Assembly (NCBI GenBank): GCA_038064595.1 | Contig: JBBTSV010000001.1 | Span: forward strand, 1,915 to 65,914 | Length of the DNA stretch: 64,000 nt | Direction of reading: 5' to 3' | Source of the DNA: Patescibacteria group bacterium | Lineage (GTDB): Bacteria > Patescibacteriota > Minisyncoccia > Phycocordibacterales > Phycocordibacteraceae | In this document: positions 46,310-55,688 of the stretch, in pieces | How the letters are laid out: each line of letters begins with the position of its first letter | How positions within the stretch are numbered: the first letter of the stretch is position 1 | Notes under the pieces: generated by a model | The model's input: the letters and a program-made list of their open reading frames with translations, nothing else | Database searches by the model: none | Told to the model about the DNA's origin: nothing | Position numbers and translations under genes: made by a program

Positions 46310-47608
46310 ATGCGCAATGATCTCCTCTGGCTCGCCGCCTTTGCTGGATGCGTGAGCTCCATCACTATCTTTCTGATAGGAGGCGGAGCGTCGTCTCTTG
46401 ATCGCTCGCTCTCGTGGGTCTCGCGCGAGGCTGGGTCGGCGGCGGCTTTCTTTGTCACCAGTATCACCGCAACGCAGATTAAGAACGATTATCATAGCAA
46501 CACCACCGGTTCGGTTACCGACACACCACCGGCAAATGCCGCCGTCAGAAAGGTGGGAATCCTGATTGTCCCCGGGCACCAGCCCACGAGTGGCGGGACC
46601 GAGTTTAATGGTGTTTATGAGCGCAATGTCGTGGTCGACCTCGCCGAGGAGCTCGGAGCACTACTTGCGCAGAATCCACACTACAGCGTTATGGTGGCGC
46701 GTACCAAGGAGACGTGGCACCCCACGCTCCAAAATTACTTCGATACTCAAGCGGACGCTATCGAGACCTTCCGTCAGTCACTGCGAGAGCAGATGAAGGA
46801 CCATATCGCTGCGGGTACTATTCTCCCAGCCGCTGATCAGGTGTACCACAATAAAACCCCTTTAGAGGGGGCGCTGCAGCTCTACGGGATCAATAAGTGG
46901 GCAGGGGAGCAGGGCTACGACATCACGCTCCATCTCCACCTCAACGATGACGCCGAGCGCCGCGCACGCCGGGCGGGCGAGTACAGCGGCTTTGCGGTCT
47001 ACGTGCCGGATCGTCAATACTCAAATGCAGAGGCTTCAAAGGCGATCGGTGTCGCGCTTGCCGCCCGGCTCAATACCTTTCACGCGACAAGCACCCTTCC
47101 CAAAGAAGATCGGGGCGTGGTTGAAGACCAGCAGCTTATCGCCGTGGGCTCCAACAACAGCGCGAGCAGTGCGGCGCTTCTTATCGAGTATGGCTATATC
47201 TATGAGCCGCAGTTTCAAAATCGAGAGGTGCGCGCGATTGCTGTGCGGGACTATGCCTATCAAACGTATCTCGGGCTCCAGGATTTTTTCAACGACACCC
47301 CTTCGACTGCTCCCGGATCGCTCGCGTACCCCTACGACTGGAGTGAGGTAACCGCAAAGAAGGGAGAGAAAGGTGCCGATGTCTACGCGCTTCAGGCGGC
47401 GCTCCGTTCACTCGGCTTCTATCCACCCGCGGGGAAGAGCTTCTCTGATTGTCCAATCTCTGGGGTCGTGGGCGCTTGCACGCGGAGTGCGCTTGAAGCC
47501 TATCAGGCAGCACACGGCTTTGGGGTGACGGGCTTTGTGGGACCGGCGACCCGTGCGGCACTCACCGCCGAGGTGGGTGGCGCGCGGGATATTTTTAAAC
47601 CAATCTAA
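46310..47608 (+). CDS. N-acetylmuramoyl-L-alanine amidase (Amidase_3) with C-terminal peptidoglycan-binding domain
   Basis: ILIVPGH, DITLHLHLND, LLIEYGYI blocks; PG_binding_1-like C-terminus. Confidence 0.7.
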   Translation: MRNDLLWLAAFAGCVSSITIFLIGGGASSLDRSLSWVSREAGSAAAFFVTSITATQIKNDYHSNTTGSVTDTPPANAAVRKVGILIVPGHQPTSGGTEFNGVYERNVVVDLAEELGALLAQNPHYSVMVARTKETWHPTLQNYFDTQADAIETFRQSLREQMKDHIAAGTILPAADQVYHNKTPLEGALQLYGINKWAGEQGYDITLHLHLNDDAERRARRAGEYSGFAVYVPDRQYSNAEASKAIGVALAARLNTFHATSTLPKEDRGVVEDQQLIAVGSNNSASSAALLIEYGYIYEPQFQNREVRAIAVRDYAYQTYLGLQDFFNDTPSTAPGSLAYPYDWSEVTAKKGEKGADVYALQAALRSLGFYPPAGKSFSDCPISGVVGACTRSALEAYQAAHGFGVTGFVGPATRAALTAEVGGARDIFKPI

Positions 47609-47625
47609 CGATATACTGGTCCTCT

Positions 47626-48756
47626 ATGGATAAGAAAAAAATAGTCGCGACGTTTATGAAGCAGGGGGCGCGCATCGAGACGAAGGCGCGTGTGTCACTC
47701 AAGACTAAAAAAGATGTCGCGCTCTGGTACACCCCGGGCGTGGGCACCGCCTCGCTCCACCTCGCGAAGCACCCTAAGGACGCGCGTAAGATGTCAGTCA
47801 AGGGCAACAGCGTCGCGATTATTTCTGATGGTTCGGCGGTGCTGGGTCTCGGGAATATCGGCCCCTATGGTGCGCTCCCGGTGATGGAAGGGAAGGCCCT
47901 CCTCTTCAAGAGCATGGCCAATATTGACGCATGGCCGCTGGTCCTCAACACGCAGGATCCCGATGAGATCGTGCGTACCGTGCAGGCTATCGCCCCCTCC
48001 TTTGGCGGGATCAACTTGGAGGACATCAAGGCGCCCCAGTGCTTTCTGGTCGAGCGGCGACTTATCGAGAGTCTCGATATACCGGTGATGCATGACGATC
48101 AGCACGGGACAGCAATTGTGGTCTTGGCAGGGCTCATCAATGCTGCGAAGGTGGTGAAGAAAAGTCTGAAGAGTCTCAAGATCGTGATCAGCGGTGCCGG
48201 CGCAGCCGGCACCGCGGTGGCCAAGCTCCTTTTGGCGGCTGGAGTGAAGGACATTGTTCTCCTCGACCGTGCGGGCGCGATCTACACCGGTCGCCCCGGT
48301 CTCTCGGGCGAAAAGAGTGAGCTCGCGCGGCTTACCAATCCGCGAAATGTGGGCGGCGATCTTGCTGTGGTGATTAAGGGCGCCGACGCCTTTGTCGGCC
48401 TCTCAGGCAAGGGACTCCTCCACGCGGAGCATGTCGCAAGTATGGCACCGCGGAGCATCGTCTTCGCGCTTGCGAACCCTGACCCTGAAATCTTGCCAGA
48501 TGTTGCCACAAAAGCGGGCGCGGCTGTCGTTGCCACCGGGCGCTCTGATTTCCCCAATCAGATCAACAACGCGCTCGTCTTCCCGGGTATCTTCCGCGGT
48601 GCACTCGATAGGGGCGTGAGGCAGATCACGCAAGCGACCAAGCTGCGCGCGGCGCGCGCAATCGCTGCTCTCGTGAAGAAACCCTCGGCGAGCAGGATTA
48701 TTCCCGATCTCCTTGACACTCGGGTGGTAAAAGCGGTCGCAGGGGCAGTACGCTAA
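47626..48756 (+). CDS. NAD(P)-dependent malic enzyme (short form)
   Basis: YTPGVG, malic enzyme NAD-binding domain GAGAAG. Confidence 0.8.
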   Translation: MDKKKIVATFMKQGARIETKARVSLKTKKDVALWYTPGVGTASLHLAKHPKDARKMSVKGNSVAIISDGSAVLGLGNIGPYGALPVMEGKALLFKSMANIDAWPLVLNTQDPDEIVRTVQAIAPSFGGINLEDIKAPQCFLVERRLIESLDIPVMHDDQHGTAIVVLAGLINAAKVVKKSLKSLKIVISGAGAAGTAVAKLLLAAGVKDIVLLDRAGAIYTGRPGLSGEKSELARLTNPRNVGGDLAVVIKGADAFVGLSGKGLLHAEHVASMAPRSIVFALANPDPEILPDVATKAGAAVVATGRSDFPNQINNALVFPGIFRGALDRGVRQITQATKLRAARAIAALVKKPSASRIIPDLLDTRVVKAVAGAVR

Positions 48757-48778
48757 AAGAGATGATATACTCCATACT

Positions 48779-49345
48779 ATGACTACTATTACCATCGTTC
48801 TTATTGCGTTAGCAGTCGTTGTTTTATGGGCTATTTATTCGTATAACCGCTTCGTGACGCTCGTGAATCAGGCCAAGGAAGCGTGGTCGGACATCAGCGT
48901 TCAACTGAAGCGTCGCTACGATCTTATTCCGAATCTCATCGAGACGGTTAAGGGGTATGCTACTCACGAGTCGAGTGCGTTTGAGAATGTCACCAAGGCG
49001 CGTGCCGCCGCGATGGGGGCCGGAGGAGCAGCGCCAGCCGCGCAAGCACAGGCCGAGAATATGCTCTCCGGCGCACTCAAGACTCTCTTTGCCGTCTCGG
49101 AGGCATATCCTGATCTGAAGGCGAACCAGAACTTTCTTCAGCTCCAGAAGGAGCTGGGTGATACTGAAGATAAGATCCAGGCGTCGCGCCGCTTCTACAA
49201 CACGACCGTGATGACGCTCAACACCGCTGAGCAGGTCTTTCCGGGGAATCTTATCGCGTCAGCGTTCAACTTCAAGCCGATGGACCTCTTCGAGCTTTCT
49301 GAAGCCGATGCGGCCGCAAAGGAGCCCGTGAAGGTACAGTTTTAG
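48779..49345 (+). CDS. LemA family protein (second paralog)
   Basis: Same architecture as 44840-45418. Confidence 0.8.
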   Translation: MTTITIVLIALAVVVLWAIYSYNRFVTLVNQAKEAWSDISVQLKRRYDLIPNLIETVKGYATHESSAFENVTKARAAAMGAGGAAPAAQAQAENMLSGALKTLFAVSEAYPDLKANQNFLQLQKELGDTEDKIQASRRFYNTTVMTLNTAEQVFPGNLIASAFNFKPMDLFELSEADAAAKEPVKVQF

Positions 49346-50242
49346 ATGAATCTGTATCAGGAGCGAGCATCGAACCTTCGTCGGACATGGGCACTCGTCC
49401 TCGGTTTTTTGGTCGTCGTGATTGCGGTCGGCTACGCTATTTCTTGGTATTACGGCAACCCCCTTATCCTCTATGTGGCGGTGATGGTTGCGGTAGCGAC
49501 CAACTTTTACGCGTATTGGGCCTCTGACAAGCTCGTGCTCTCGCTCAACAAAGCGCGCCCTGCCACGCGGGAAGAGTTTTTTGATCTCTACACAGTGACC
49601 GAGAACATGGCGATTGCCGCAGGGCTGCCCACTCCCAAGCTCTACGTCATCGACGATGAGGCGCCGAACGCGTTTGCCACCGGCCGCGACGAGAACCATG
49701 CGGTCGTCTGCGCCACCACCGGATTGCTCGCACTCCTCTCGCGCCCCGAGCTCGAGGGAGTGGTCGCCCACGAGCTCGCGCACATCAAGAATCGCGATAT
49801 GCTCGTTATGACGGTGGCAGTGGTGCTCGCGGGCTTTGTGGCTATCCTCGCCGACATATTTCTGCGCACCTCGCTTCATGGAGGGTTCCGCAGCAGCGAC
49901 AGTAAACAGGGGAATGTCGTCCTCATGATCGGGGTGGTGGTCGCTATCATTCTCGCGCCGCTTGCCGCAAAGCTTATCCAGTTTGCGATCTCGCGTCGCC
50001 GCGAATTCCTTGCAGATGCTTCAGGCGCGCTCCTCACGCGCCATCCGGAAGGGCTGGCCTCGGCACTCCGTAAGATAAGCGGGGTCAACCGGCCGCTCAC
50101 CCACACGAGCCACGCGACGGCCCACCTTTTCATTGACGAGCCTTTTGGGAAGGCAGAAGGGAAGATGGGGTGGATTAACGGCCTCTTTGCTACCCACCCT
50201 CCGGTCGAGGAGCGCATTCGCGCCTTAACCCACACCCCCTAA
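49346..50242 (+). CDS. htpX: zinc metalloprotease HtpX (M48)
   Basis: HELAHIKNRD HEXXH, four TM helices. Confidence 0.85.
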   Translation: MNLYQERASNLRRTWALVLGFLVVVIAVGYAISWYYGNPLILYVAVMVAVATNFYAYWASDKLVLSLNKARPATREEFFDLYTVTENMAIAAGLPTPKLYVIDDEAPNAFATGRDENHAVVCATTGLLALLSRPELEGVVAHELAHIKNRDMLVMTVAVVLAGFVAILADIFLRTSLHGGFRSSDSKQGNVVLMIGVVVAIILAPLAAKLIQFAISRRREFLADASGALLTRHPEGLASALRKISGVNRPLTHTSHATAHLFIDEPFGKAEGKMGWINGLFATHPPVEERIRALTHTP

Positions 50243-50246
50243 GGGG

Positions 50247-50933
50247 GTGGTGTATACTCTGCACATGAAATTTTCTTTTGGGTCGCCAGACAAAAAGCCA
50301 GACAAAAGCATAGACGCACTTGAAGAGTTGCGACTCAGTAGGGAGGCTGGTAATGTCGCAGGACTCGCAGAAGACCACATCAAGTATCTGGAAGAGCAGC
50401 ACGAGACAGAAGGACTCACGGGACTCAAGACTCGTAAAGTCTTTGACCGAGAGCTCGAGGCCGCGCTGGGGCTCTTGAGCGGGAAGATACAGGAGCGTCG
50501 TGCGCACGCAGAGGCACCAAAGGTCGTTTCAGTTATCATGGTCGACCTCGATGATTTCAAAAAAATAAACGATACGCGCGGCCACGCGGTAGGTGATGCG
50601 GTGCTCCGAAGCGTAGCCGAGGTTATCAGTGAGTGCGTACGTGCTTCAGACACAGCGGCGCGCTACGGGGGTGAGGAGCTCGTGGTGCTCATGCCCGGCG
50701 CGACCGCGAAGGTTGCCGCACAGCATGCTGAGGACATTCGAGCTCGCATCGAACAACTCACCTTCGATCAGTACCCTGACTTGCGAGTGACGGGGAGCTT
50801 AGGCATCGCTGAAGTTACTGAGGTGCATGAGAATGACGAGTCTGATGTGCTGGTAAAGAATGCAGATAGGGCTATGTATGAAGCCAAAGCGAATGGCAAA
50901 AACCGTGTTGAAATCTATCAAGGAGGGCGGTAA
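50247..50933 (+). CDS. GGDEF-domain protein (GGEEL variant)
   Basis: RYGGEEL in GGDEF-domain context, DDFKKIND. Confidence 0.75.
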   Translation: MVYTLHMKFSFGSPDKKPDKSIDALEELRLSREAGNVAGLAEDHIKYLEEQHETEGLTGLKTRKVFDRELEAALGLLSGKIQERRAHAEAPKVVSVIMVDLDDFKKINDTRGHAVGDAVLRSVAEVISECVRASDTAARYGGEELVVLMPGATAKVAAQHAEDIRARIEQLTFDQYPDLRVTGSLGIAEVTEVHENDESDVLVKNADRAMYEAKANGKNRVEIYQGGR

Positions 50934-50971
50934 CCGGATAGAGGTTTTTCTGCTATAACTCATAGACGACG

Positions 50972-51056
50972 GAGGGTTCGCATAGAGGTCTAGTGCGCAC
51001 GCTTGGAAAGCGTGTGTGGGGAAACCCACCGAGGGTTCGAATCCCTCACCCTCCGC
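50972..51056 (+). tRNA. tRNA-Ser (anticodon GGA), type II with long variable arm
   Basis: Acceptor GGAGGGT/ACCCTCC, anticodon stem CACGC/GCGTG with loop TTGGAAA, variable arm GTGGG-GAAA-CCCAC, T-arm GAGGG-TTCGAAT-CCCTC. Confidence 0.85.
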
Positions 51057-51112
51057 AATGATTCGCAAAGACGGTTGGGAACCGTCTGCGCGAAGCATCA
51101 TTGCGCGAGATG

Positions 51113-51170
51113 TGAGAGATTCGAAGGCCGGAGGGCGACGGCCCGAGGCGGGGTAGCGCAAATTTCTAGC
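51113..51170 (+). repeat. tRNA-linked repeat R2 (58 nt): inverted tRNA-Ser T-arm copy plus a conserved core with a GGGC-GACG-GCCC hairpin
   Basis: About 90% identical to R1; two of the five mismatches are compensatory in the 4-bp stem. Confidence 0.7.
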
Positions 51171-51188
51171 AAGAAATTATGCGTGACC

Positions 51189-51207
51189 GAATCCCTCACC
51201 CTCCGCC
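51189..51207 (+). repeat. 19-nt direct duplicate of the tRNA-Ser 3' end (att-like scar)
   Basis: CGAATCCCTCACCCTCCGC identical to tRNA positions 51038-51056. Confidence 0.6.
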
Positions 51208-51240
51208 AGAAAGGAATGTTCTGCTATCATTGCTCTACCC

Positions 51241-51711
51241 ATGAAAAAATACATCCTCTACACGGTGGGCAGTATCATAGGCGTGGCTGTGCTCGCTTTT
51301 GCGTATTATGCGATATCGCCGCTCTTCAGAACTATCAAGGCTGACGATGCAATTCCTGATGCGAGTCCTGGTGTAAGCACCCCAACACCTCCTGAATCAT
51401 TTTCAATTATTGACACTCCGTTGCATCCTGCATCAGGCACCGTTCGAATCGTTCATGCAGATAATAAGAGCTACATCCGCTACGAGAACTTTAAGACCAT
51501 CAATGGCCCTGACATTTTTGTGTATCTGGCAAAAGATTTGGGCGCGAAAGAATATGTAAACATCGGAGCCGTTAAAGCGACGGAGGGCAATGTAAATTAT
51601 GAAATTCCAGAAGGAGTCAACGTCGACGAGTATCGGTATGTGATGGTGTGGTGCAAGGCATTTGGCGTCCTGTTTAACTACGCAGATTTGTCTCAACCAC
51701 GCCCAGAATAA
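51241..51711 (+). CDS. DM13-domain secreted protein
   Basis: N-terminal TM; GTVRIVHADNKSYIRYENFKTINGPDIFVYL pattern. Confidence 0.55.
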   Translation: MKKYILYTVGSIIGVAVLAFAYYAISPLFRTIKADDAIPDASPGVSTPTPPESFSIIDTPLHPASGTVRIVHADNKSYIRYENFKTINGPDIFVYLAKDLGAKEYVNIGAVKATEGNVNYEIPEGVNVDEYRYVMVWCKAFGVLFNYADLSQPRPE

Positions 51712-51766
51712 GTAGACATACCGGCCCAACATCAAAACTAACACCAAAACCAGGTATACTTACTTC

Positions 51767-52243
51767 ATGCATATTACCCGCGACGGCCGTTTTGAACGCA
51801 CGGACATCTGGAGAGAAGGGAAGTGGCTTGACCTCTGGAGTGTGGTCCACTTTCTCACTGGAGCGTCGATCGGTCTGTTCGCACCCTTCTTCTCTCTCGG
51901 CACGCCGGCCACTGTCGTTATTGTCTTTTTACTCCTCACGGGCTACGAGATGTGGGAAAAGATCGTTGCTATTGAAGAAGCACCCACGAATCGGGTGATG
52001 GATGTGGTGGTCGGTATGGCAAGCTTCCTTCCCACCTACCTTCTTCTCATTCCACGACTCTCTGATACCTCCTTTATCCTCGTCAGCGGTTTTGTCATCA
52101 CGGCGAATATCGTGATGAGTGTCTTTGGGTGGGTTGCTTCACAAAAGGCCGCAGCGCTTGAGCAGCGCTTGCGTGAGCGTTATGAGCGGCGGCGGGCGCG
52201 GTTACGCGCCCGCAAGCTCGAGCGTTCTCTCGGACAGCCATAA
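51767..52243 (+). CDS. membrane protein, hypothetical
   Basis: Four TM helices, Arg-rich C-terminus. Confidence 0.4.
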   Translation: MHITRDGRFERTDIWREGKWLDLWSVVHFLTGASIGLFAPFFSLGTPATVVIVFLLLTGYEMWEKIVAIEEAPTNRVMDVVVGMASFLPTYLLLIPRLSDTSFILVSGFVITANIVMSVFGWVASQKAAALEQRLRERYERRRARLRARKLERSLGQP

Positions 52244-52507
52244 GGGGAATACACTTTATTTCTTTGAGTTTTCAAGGACACATAAAGCTCTTTTTGTTTT
52301 GCGTCATCTAGACAGAGATGTCTTTTACACTCCAAGTAGCTTTTGTGTCTGATACATGTCTTTTACGCACGAATGCGTCAAATATCTGACGTTCATTGAA
52401 AAACTTTCTAAGCGTTACGAAATAACGCTGTCCACAATGACGTTTGCGGGGTGTAGGAGTACACTTATCAAAACAAGGTCATTATCAGTTTTCTAATTGT
52501 CCTCCTC

Positions 52508-54895
52508 ATGTCCAAATCTGCGAAAGTTTCTCTCCGCTCAAAGGCACTTGTCGCTCCCGTGTCGCAGGCTGCCGGGCCGGCTGACTCAAAGGAGACGCTC
52601 CGCTATCGTGAGCTCATCCCACAAGTTGAGAAACGTGATGGGCGACTCGTCCCCTTCAACTTTGACAAGATTGCGACCGCTGTGTGGAAGGCAATGAGTG
52701 AAGCAGGAGAGGGTGGACAAGAGGACGCGATCTTGGTCGCGCACCAGGTCGCGGGAGAGCTCGCGCGCTTTGCCAAAAAGTATAAGAGTTTTCTTCCCAC
52801 GGTGGAGGGGATGCAGGACTCGGTCGAGAAATACCTTATATTAAACGACTACGTCAAGACGGCCAAAGCCTACATCCTCTATCGCGATAAGCGCGCCCAG
52901 CTACGCGCCGCACACATCGATATCCCCGAACATGTGAAGAAGCTTGCAGAGGAAAGCAAGAAATATTTTGCAGGGAACACGCTCGGTGAGTTCGTCTATT
53001 TGCGCACCTATGCGAAATGGATCCCTGAAGAGGGTCGCCGTGAGACATGGGTCGAGACGGTCGATCGCTATATAGCTTTCATGCGCGAGAACCTTGGCCA
53101 GAAGCTCACCGAGAAAGAGTATGCCGAGGTACGCATGGGGATCCTCAAGCAGGAGGTGATGCCCTCAATGCGTCTCATGCAGTTTTCTGGTGAGGCAGCA
53201 CGCCGCTGTAATGCGTGTGCCTATAACTGTACTTTTGTTGCACCCACGGGACTGCGCGACTTCGCCGAGATCATGTATCTCTCGATGCAGGGATGCGGGG
53301 TTGGCTTTGCGGTTGAGAGTCAGAATGTCGAGCAGTTCCCACAGATTAAGAAGCAGATGGGGACGAAGCTCCCCGTGCACGTTATCGGTGATTCAAAAGA
53401 GGGATGGTGCGACGCGCTCACTCTCGGGGTTGAGACCTGGTATGCCGGCAAGGACATCACGTTTGACTACTCCCAGATTCGCCCCGCAGGTGCCCGACTG
53501 AAGACGATGGGAGGGAAGGCGAGTGGCCCCGAGCCACTCATGTCTCTCCTCTCCTTTGCTCGTGATCGGATTCTCACGCGCGCTGGTCGCCGACTCCGTG
53601 CGATCGACGTTCACGACATCTGCTGCAAGATTGGTGAATGTGTGGTTGCGGGTGGAGTCCGCCGCACCGCGATGATCTCACTCTCTGATCTCGACGATGT
53701 CGAGATGCGTGACGCGAAGAAGGGGCAGTTCTACATGACCGATCCACATCGTTCAGTTGCGAACAACTCAGCCGTGTACGAGGCGCAGCCGACCAATGCC
53801 GAGCTTATGGACGAGTGGGTCGCGCTCATGAAGAGCGGGAGCGGTGAACGAGGGATCTTCAACCGCGGCTCTTTGGCGGTCACGTTTCCCAAGCGTCGCA
53901 CCGACTACTTTAAGAAAGTCGGTTTTATTGGTGAAGACGGCGTGGTTCGTGGTCCGATTGGCACGAATCCGTGCGCCGAGATCATCCTCCAGTCAAAACA
54001 GTTCTGCAACCTCTCGGAGGTGATTGCGCGTGCGCACGACACGGAGGCGAGCCTCCTGCGCAAAGCACGCCTTGCCGCAATCCTCGGTACCTATCAGTCG
54101 ACTCTGACCAAGTTCAATTACATCTCGCAGGAGTGGGCTGACCACTGTAAAACGGAACGACTCCTCGGAGTCTCGGTGACGGGGCAGTGGGACTCGCCAG
54201 TTGCTCGCCAAAGCGAGGTGATGCGTAAGATCCGCGACGTTGCTGTGAAGGCCAACGTCCTCTACGCGAAGCGTTTTGGCGTCGAACGCTCGATGGCAGT
54301 CACCGCTGTTAAGCCCTCAGGCACCGTCTCCCAGACCTTTAATTGCGCGTCAGGCATCCATCCACGTCACGCGCCTTACTACATCCGCCGCGTGCGCATT
54401 AGCGCGACCGACTCGCTCTTCAAGATGATGCGTGATCAAGGCGTGCCGTATTACCCTGAAGTGGGGCAGTCGCTCGAAGAAGCCAACACGTATGTTTTTG
54501 AATTTCCAATCAAGGCTCCCGACCACTCAAAAGAGGCTCGATTTAAAGATAGCCTCACTGCGCTCGACCAGCTTGAATACTGGAAGCGGGTCAAGCTTAA
54601 CTTCACCGAGCATAACCCATCGGCCACGGTCTCGGTCGGTCCTGATGAATGGATCGGCGTGGTGGACTGGATCCAGAAGAACTGGGATATCATCGGCGGG
54701 CTCTCCTTCCTCCCGAGAACCGATCACGTTTATCGTCTCGCGCCCTACGAGCAGATTTCAAAAGAAGAATACGAGGCACGTCTCGCGCGCTTCCCTGAAG
54801 TAGACTACTCCAAGTTGATAGCCTATGAGCGGCAGGATGAAACCGAGATGAAGAAGGAACTCGCTTGTGCAGGTGGTGTCTGCGAGATCGTCTAG
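52508..54895 (+). CDS. nrdJ: adenosylcobalamin-dependent ribonucleotide reductase (class II, NrdJ) with ATP-cone
   Basis: N-terminal ATP-cone; RNR active-site Cys/Asn/Glu blocks; single large subunit. Confidence 0.8.
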   Translation: MSKSAKVSLRSKALVAPVSQAAGPADSKETLRYRELIPQVEKRDGRLVPFNFDKIATAVWKAMSEAGEGGQEDAILVAHQVAGELARFAKKYKSFLPTVEGMQDSVEKYLILNDYVKTAKAYILYRDKRAQLRAAHIDIPEHVKKLAEESKKYFAGNTLGEFVYLRTYAKWIPEEGRRETWVETVDRYIAFMRENLGQKLTEKEYAEVRMGILKQEVMPSMRLMQFSGEAARRCNACAYNCTFVAPTGLRDFAEIMYLSMQGCGVGFAVESQNVEQFPQIKKQMGTKLPVHVIGDSKEGWCDALTLGVETWYAGKDITFDYSQIRPAGARLKTMGGKASGPEPLMSLLSFARDRILTRAGRRLRAIDVHDICCKIGECVVAGGVRRTAMISLSDLDDVEMRDAKKGQFYMTDPHRSVANNSAVYEAQPTNAELMDEWVALMKSGSGERGIFNRGSLAVTFPKRRTDYFKKVGFIGEDGVVRGPIGTNPCAEIILQSKQFCNLSEVIARAHDTEASLLRKARLAAILGTYQSTLTKFNYISQEWADHCKTERLLGVSVTGQWDSPVARQSEVMRKIRDVAVKANVLYAKRFGVERSMAVTAVKPSGTVSQTFNCASGIHPRHAPYYIRRVRISATDSLFKMMRDQGVPYYPEVGQSLEEANTYVFEFPIKAPDHSKEARFKDSLTALDQLEYWKRVKLNFTEHNPSATVSVGPDEWIGVVDWIQKNWDIIGGLSFLPRTDHVYRLAPYEQISKEEYEARLARFPEVDYSKLIAYERQDETEMKKELACAGGVCEIV

Positions 54896-54987
54896 ACAGC
54901 GTTTTTTCTTGGTATACTCGTGTTCAGACGCACCTTGTCGCTACTGGGCGTCCTGTCGGATTTCAACGCAGCAAAGGAGATGACATG

Positions 54988-55188
54988 TACCCACACGTCG
55001 ACTTCCGCGCGGGCTATGACAGACCGTTGACGACTGAAGAGCTTTTTCGAAACGCCTACATATGGCGATTCGATAAGGACATTCCTCACAGTGCCCTTCG
55101 TGAGGACGTACAGGCCTATGAGCGAGATGGCGTATGTCCGCCATACGTTTCAACCTACGAGGCCTATCTGTCACAACCTGCTCGGTGA
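54988..55188 (+). CDS. small hypothetical protein (66 aa)
   Basis: AAGGAG 5 nt before the ATG; terminator hairpins downstream. Confidence 0.4.
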   Translation, partial: YPHVDFRAGYDRPLTTEELFRNAYIWRFDKDIPHSALREDVQAYERDGVCPPYVSTYEAYLSQPAR

Positions 55189-55314
55189 CTCGCTACCCCT
55201 CCTTTGCGTTTTGCGGGAGGGGAAGCCATTTCTATACGAGAAAAAATGGAAACACCCGCGCAGGAGCGTGGGTGTTTCCATTTAGTAGACCGGGTCGGTA
55301 AGCCGAATTCTGTT

Positions 55315-55597
55315 CCCGCTCTTTCTTGAAGAAAGGGCGGGAGGCGATCATTTATCTGGGATGGTACTTACGCACCACCTCGAGCGGCACTCCCCGCTCT
55401 TTCTTGACGAAAGGGCGGGACACGGCCTTGCATGCAGGTAAGGATTTGTTCGTTGCATTCCGGTCTTGCGACCGGCCTATTCCACAAGGGAATCCGCAGC
55501 CTCTCGGCATTGGCGTCTCTGTAGTCACCTCTATCCTCGCGGACGACGGGCGTTACCCGCTACCTATCTACCCGCTCTTTCCGTAAGAAAGGGCGGG
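55315..55597. repeat. three REP-like hairpins CCCGCTCTTTC-(TTGAAG/TTGACG/CGTAAG)-AAAGGGCGGG at 55315-55341, 55393-55419 and 55571-55597
   Basis: 27-nt imperfect palindromes repeated three times with irregular spacing, downstream of a RAYT-like gene. Confidence 0.65.
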
Positions 55598-55688
55598 TGC
55601 ATGTTCGGACTTTCCTCCCCAATACCCCAAAAGGGCAGTGGAGCGATCGTCTAACCCGGTCTGTTTCCATTATACCACACCTGCATTT

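Noticed and set aside
52260-52507. Cobalamin riboswitch upstream of nrdJ
   Set aside because: No B12-box-like conserved core is visible, and B12 riboswitches normally precede B12-independent RNRs. Only short repeats and a palindrome were seen.
55315-55597. Possible CRISPR array (three 27-nt repeats)
   Set aside because: The repeats are palindromic hairpins with irregular spacing (78 and 178 nt), there are only three copies, and there are no cas genes. The adjacent RAYT-like transposase points to REP elements instead.
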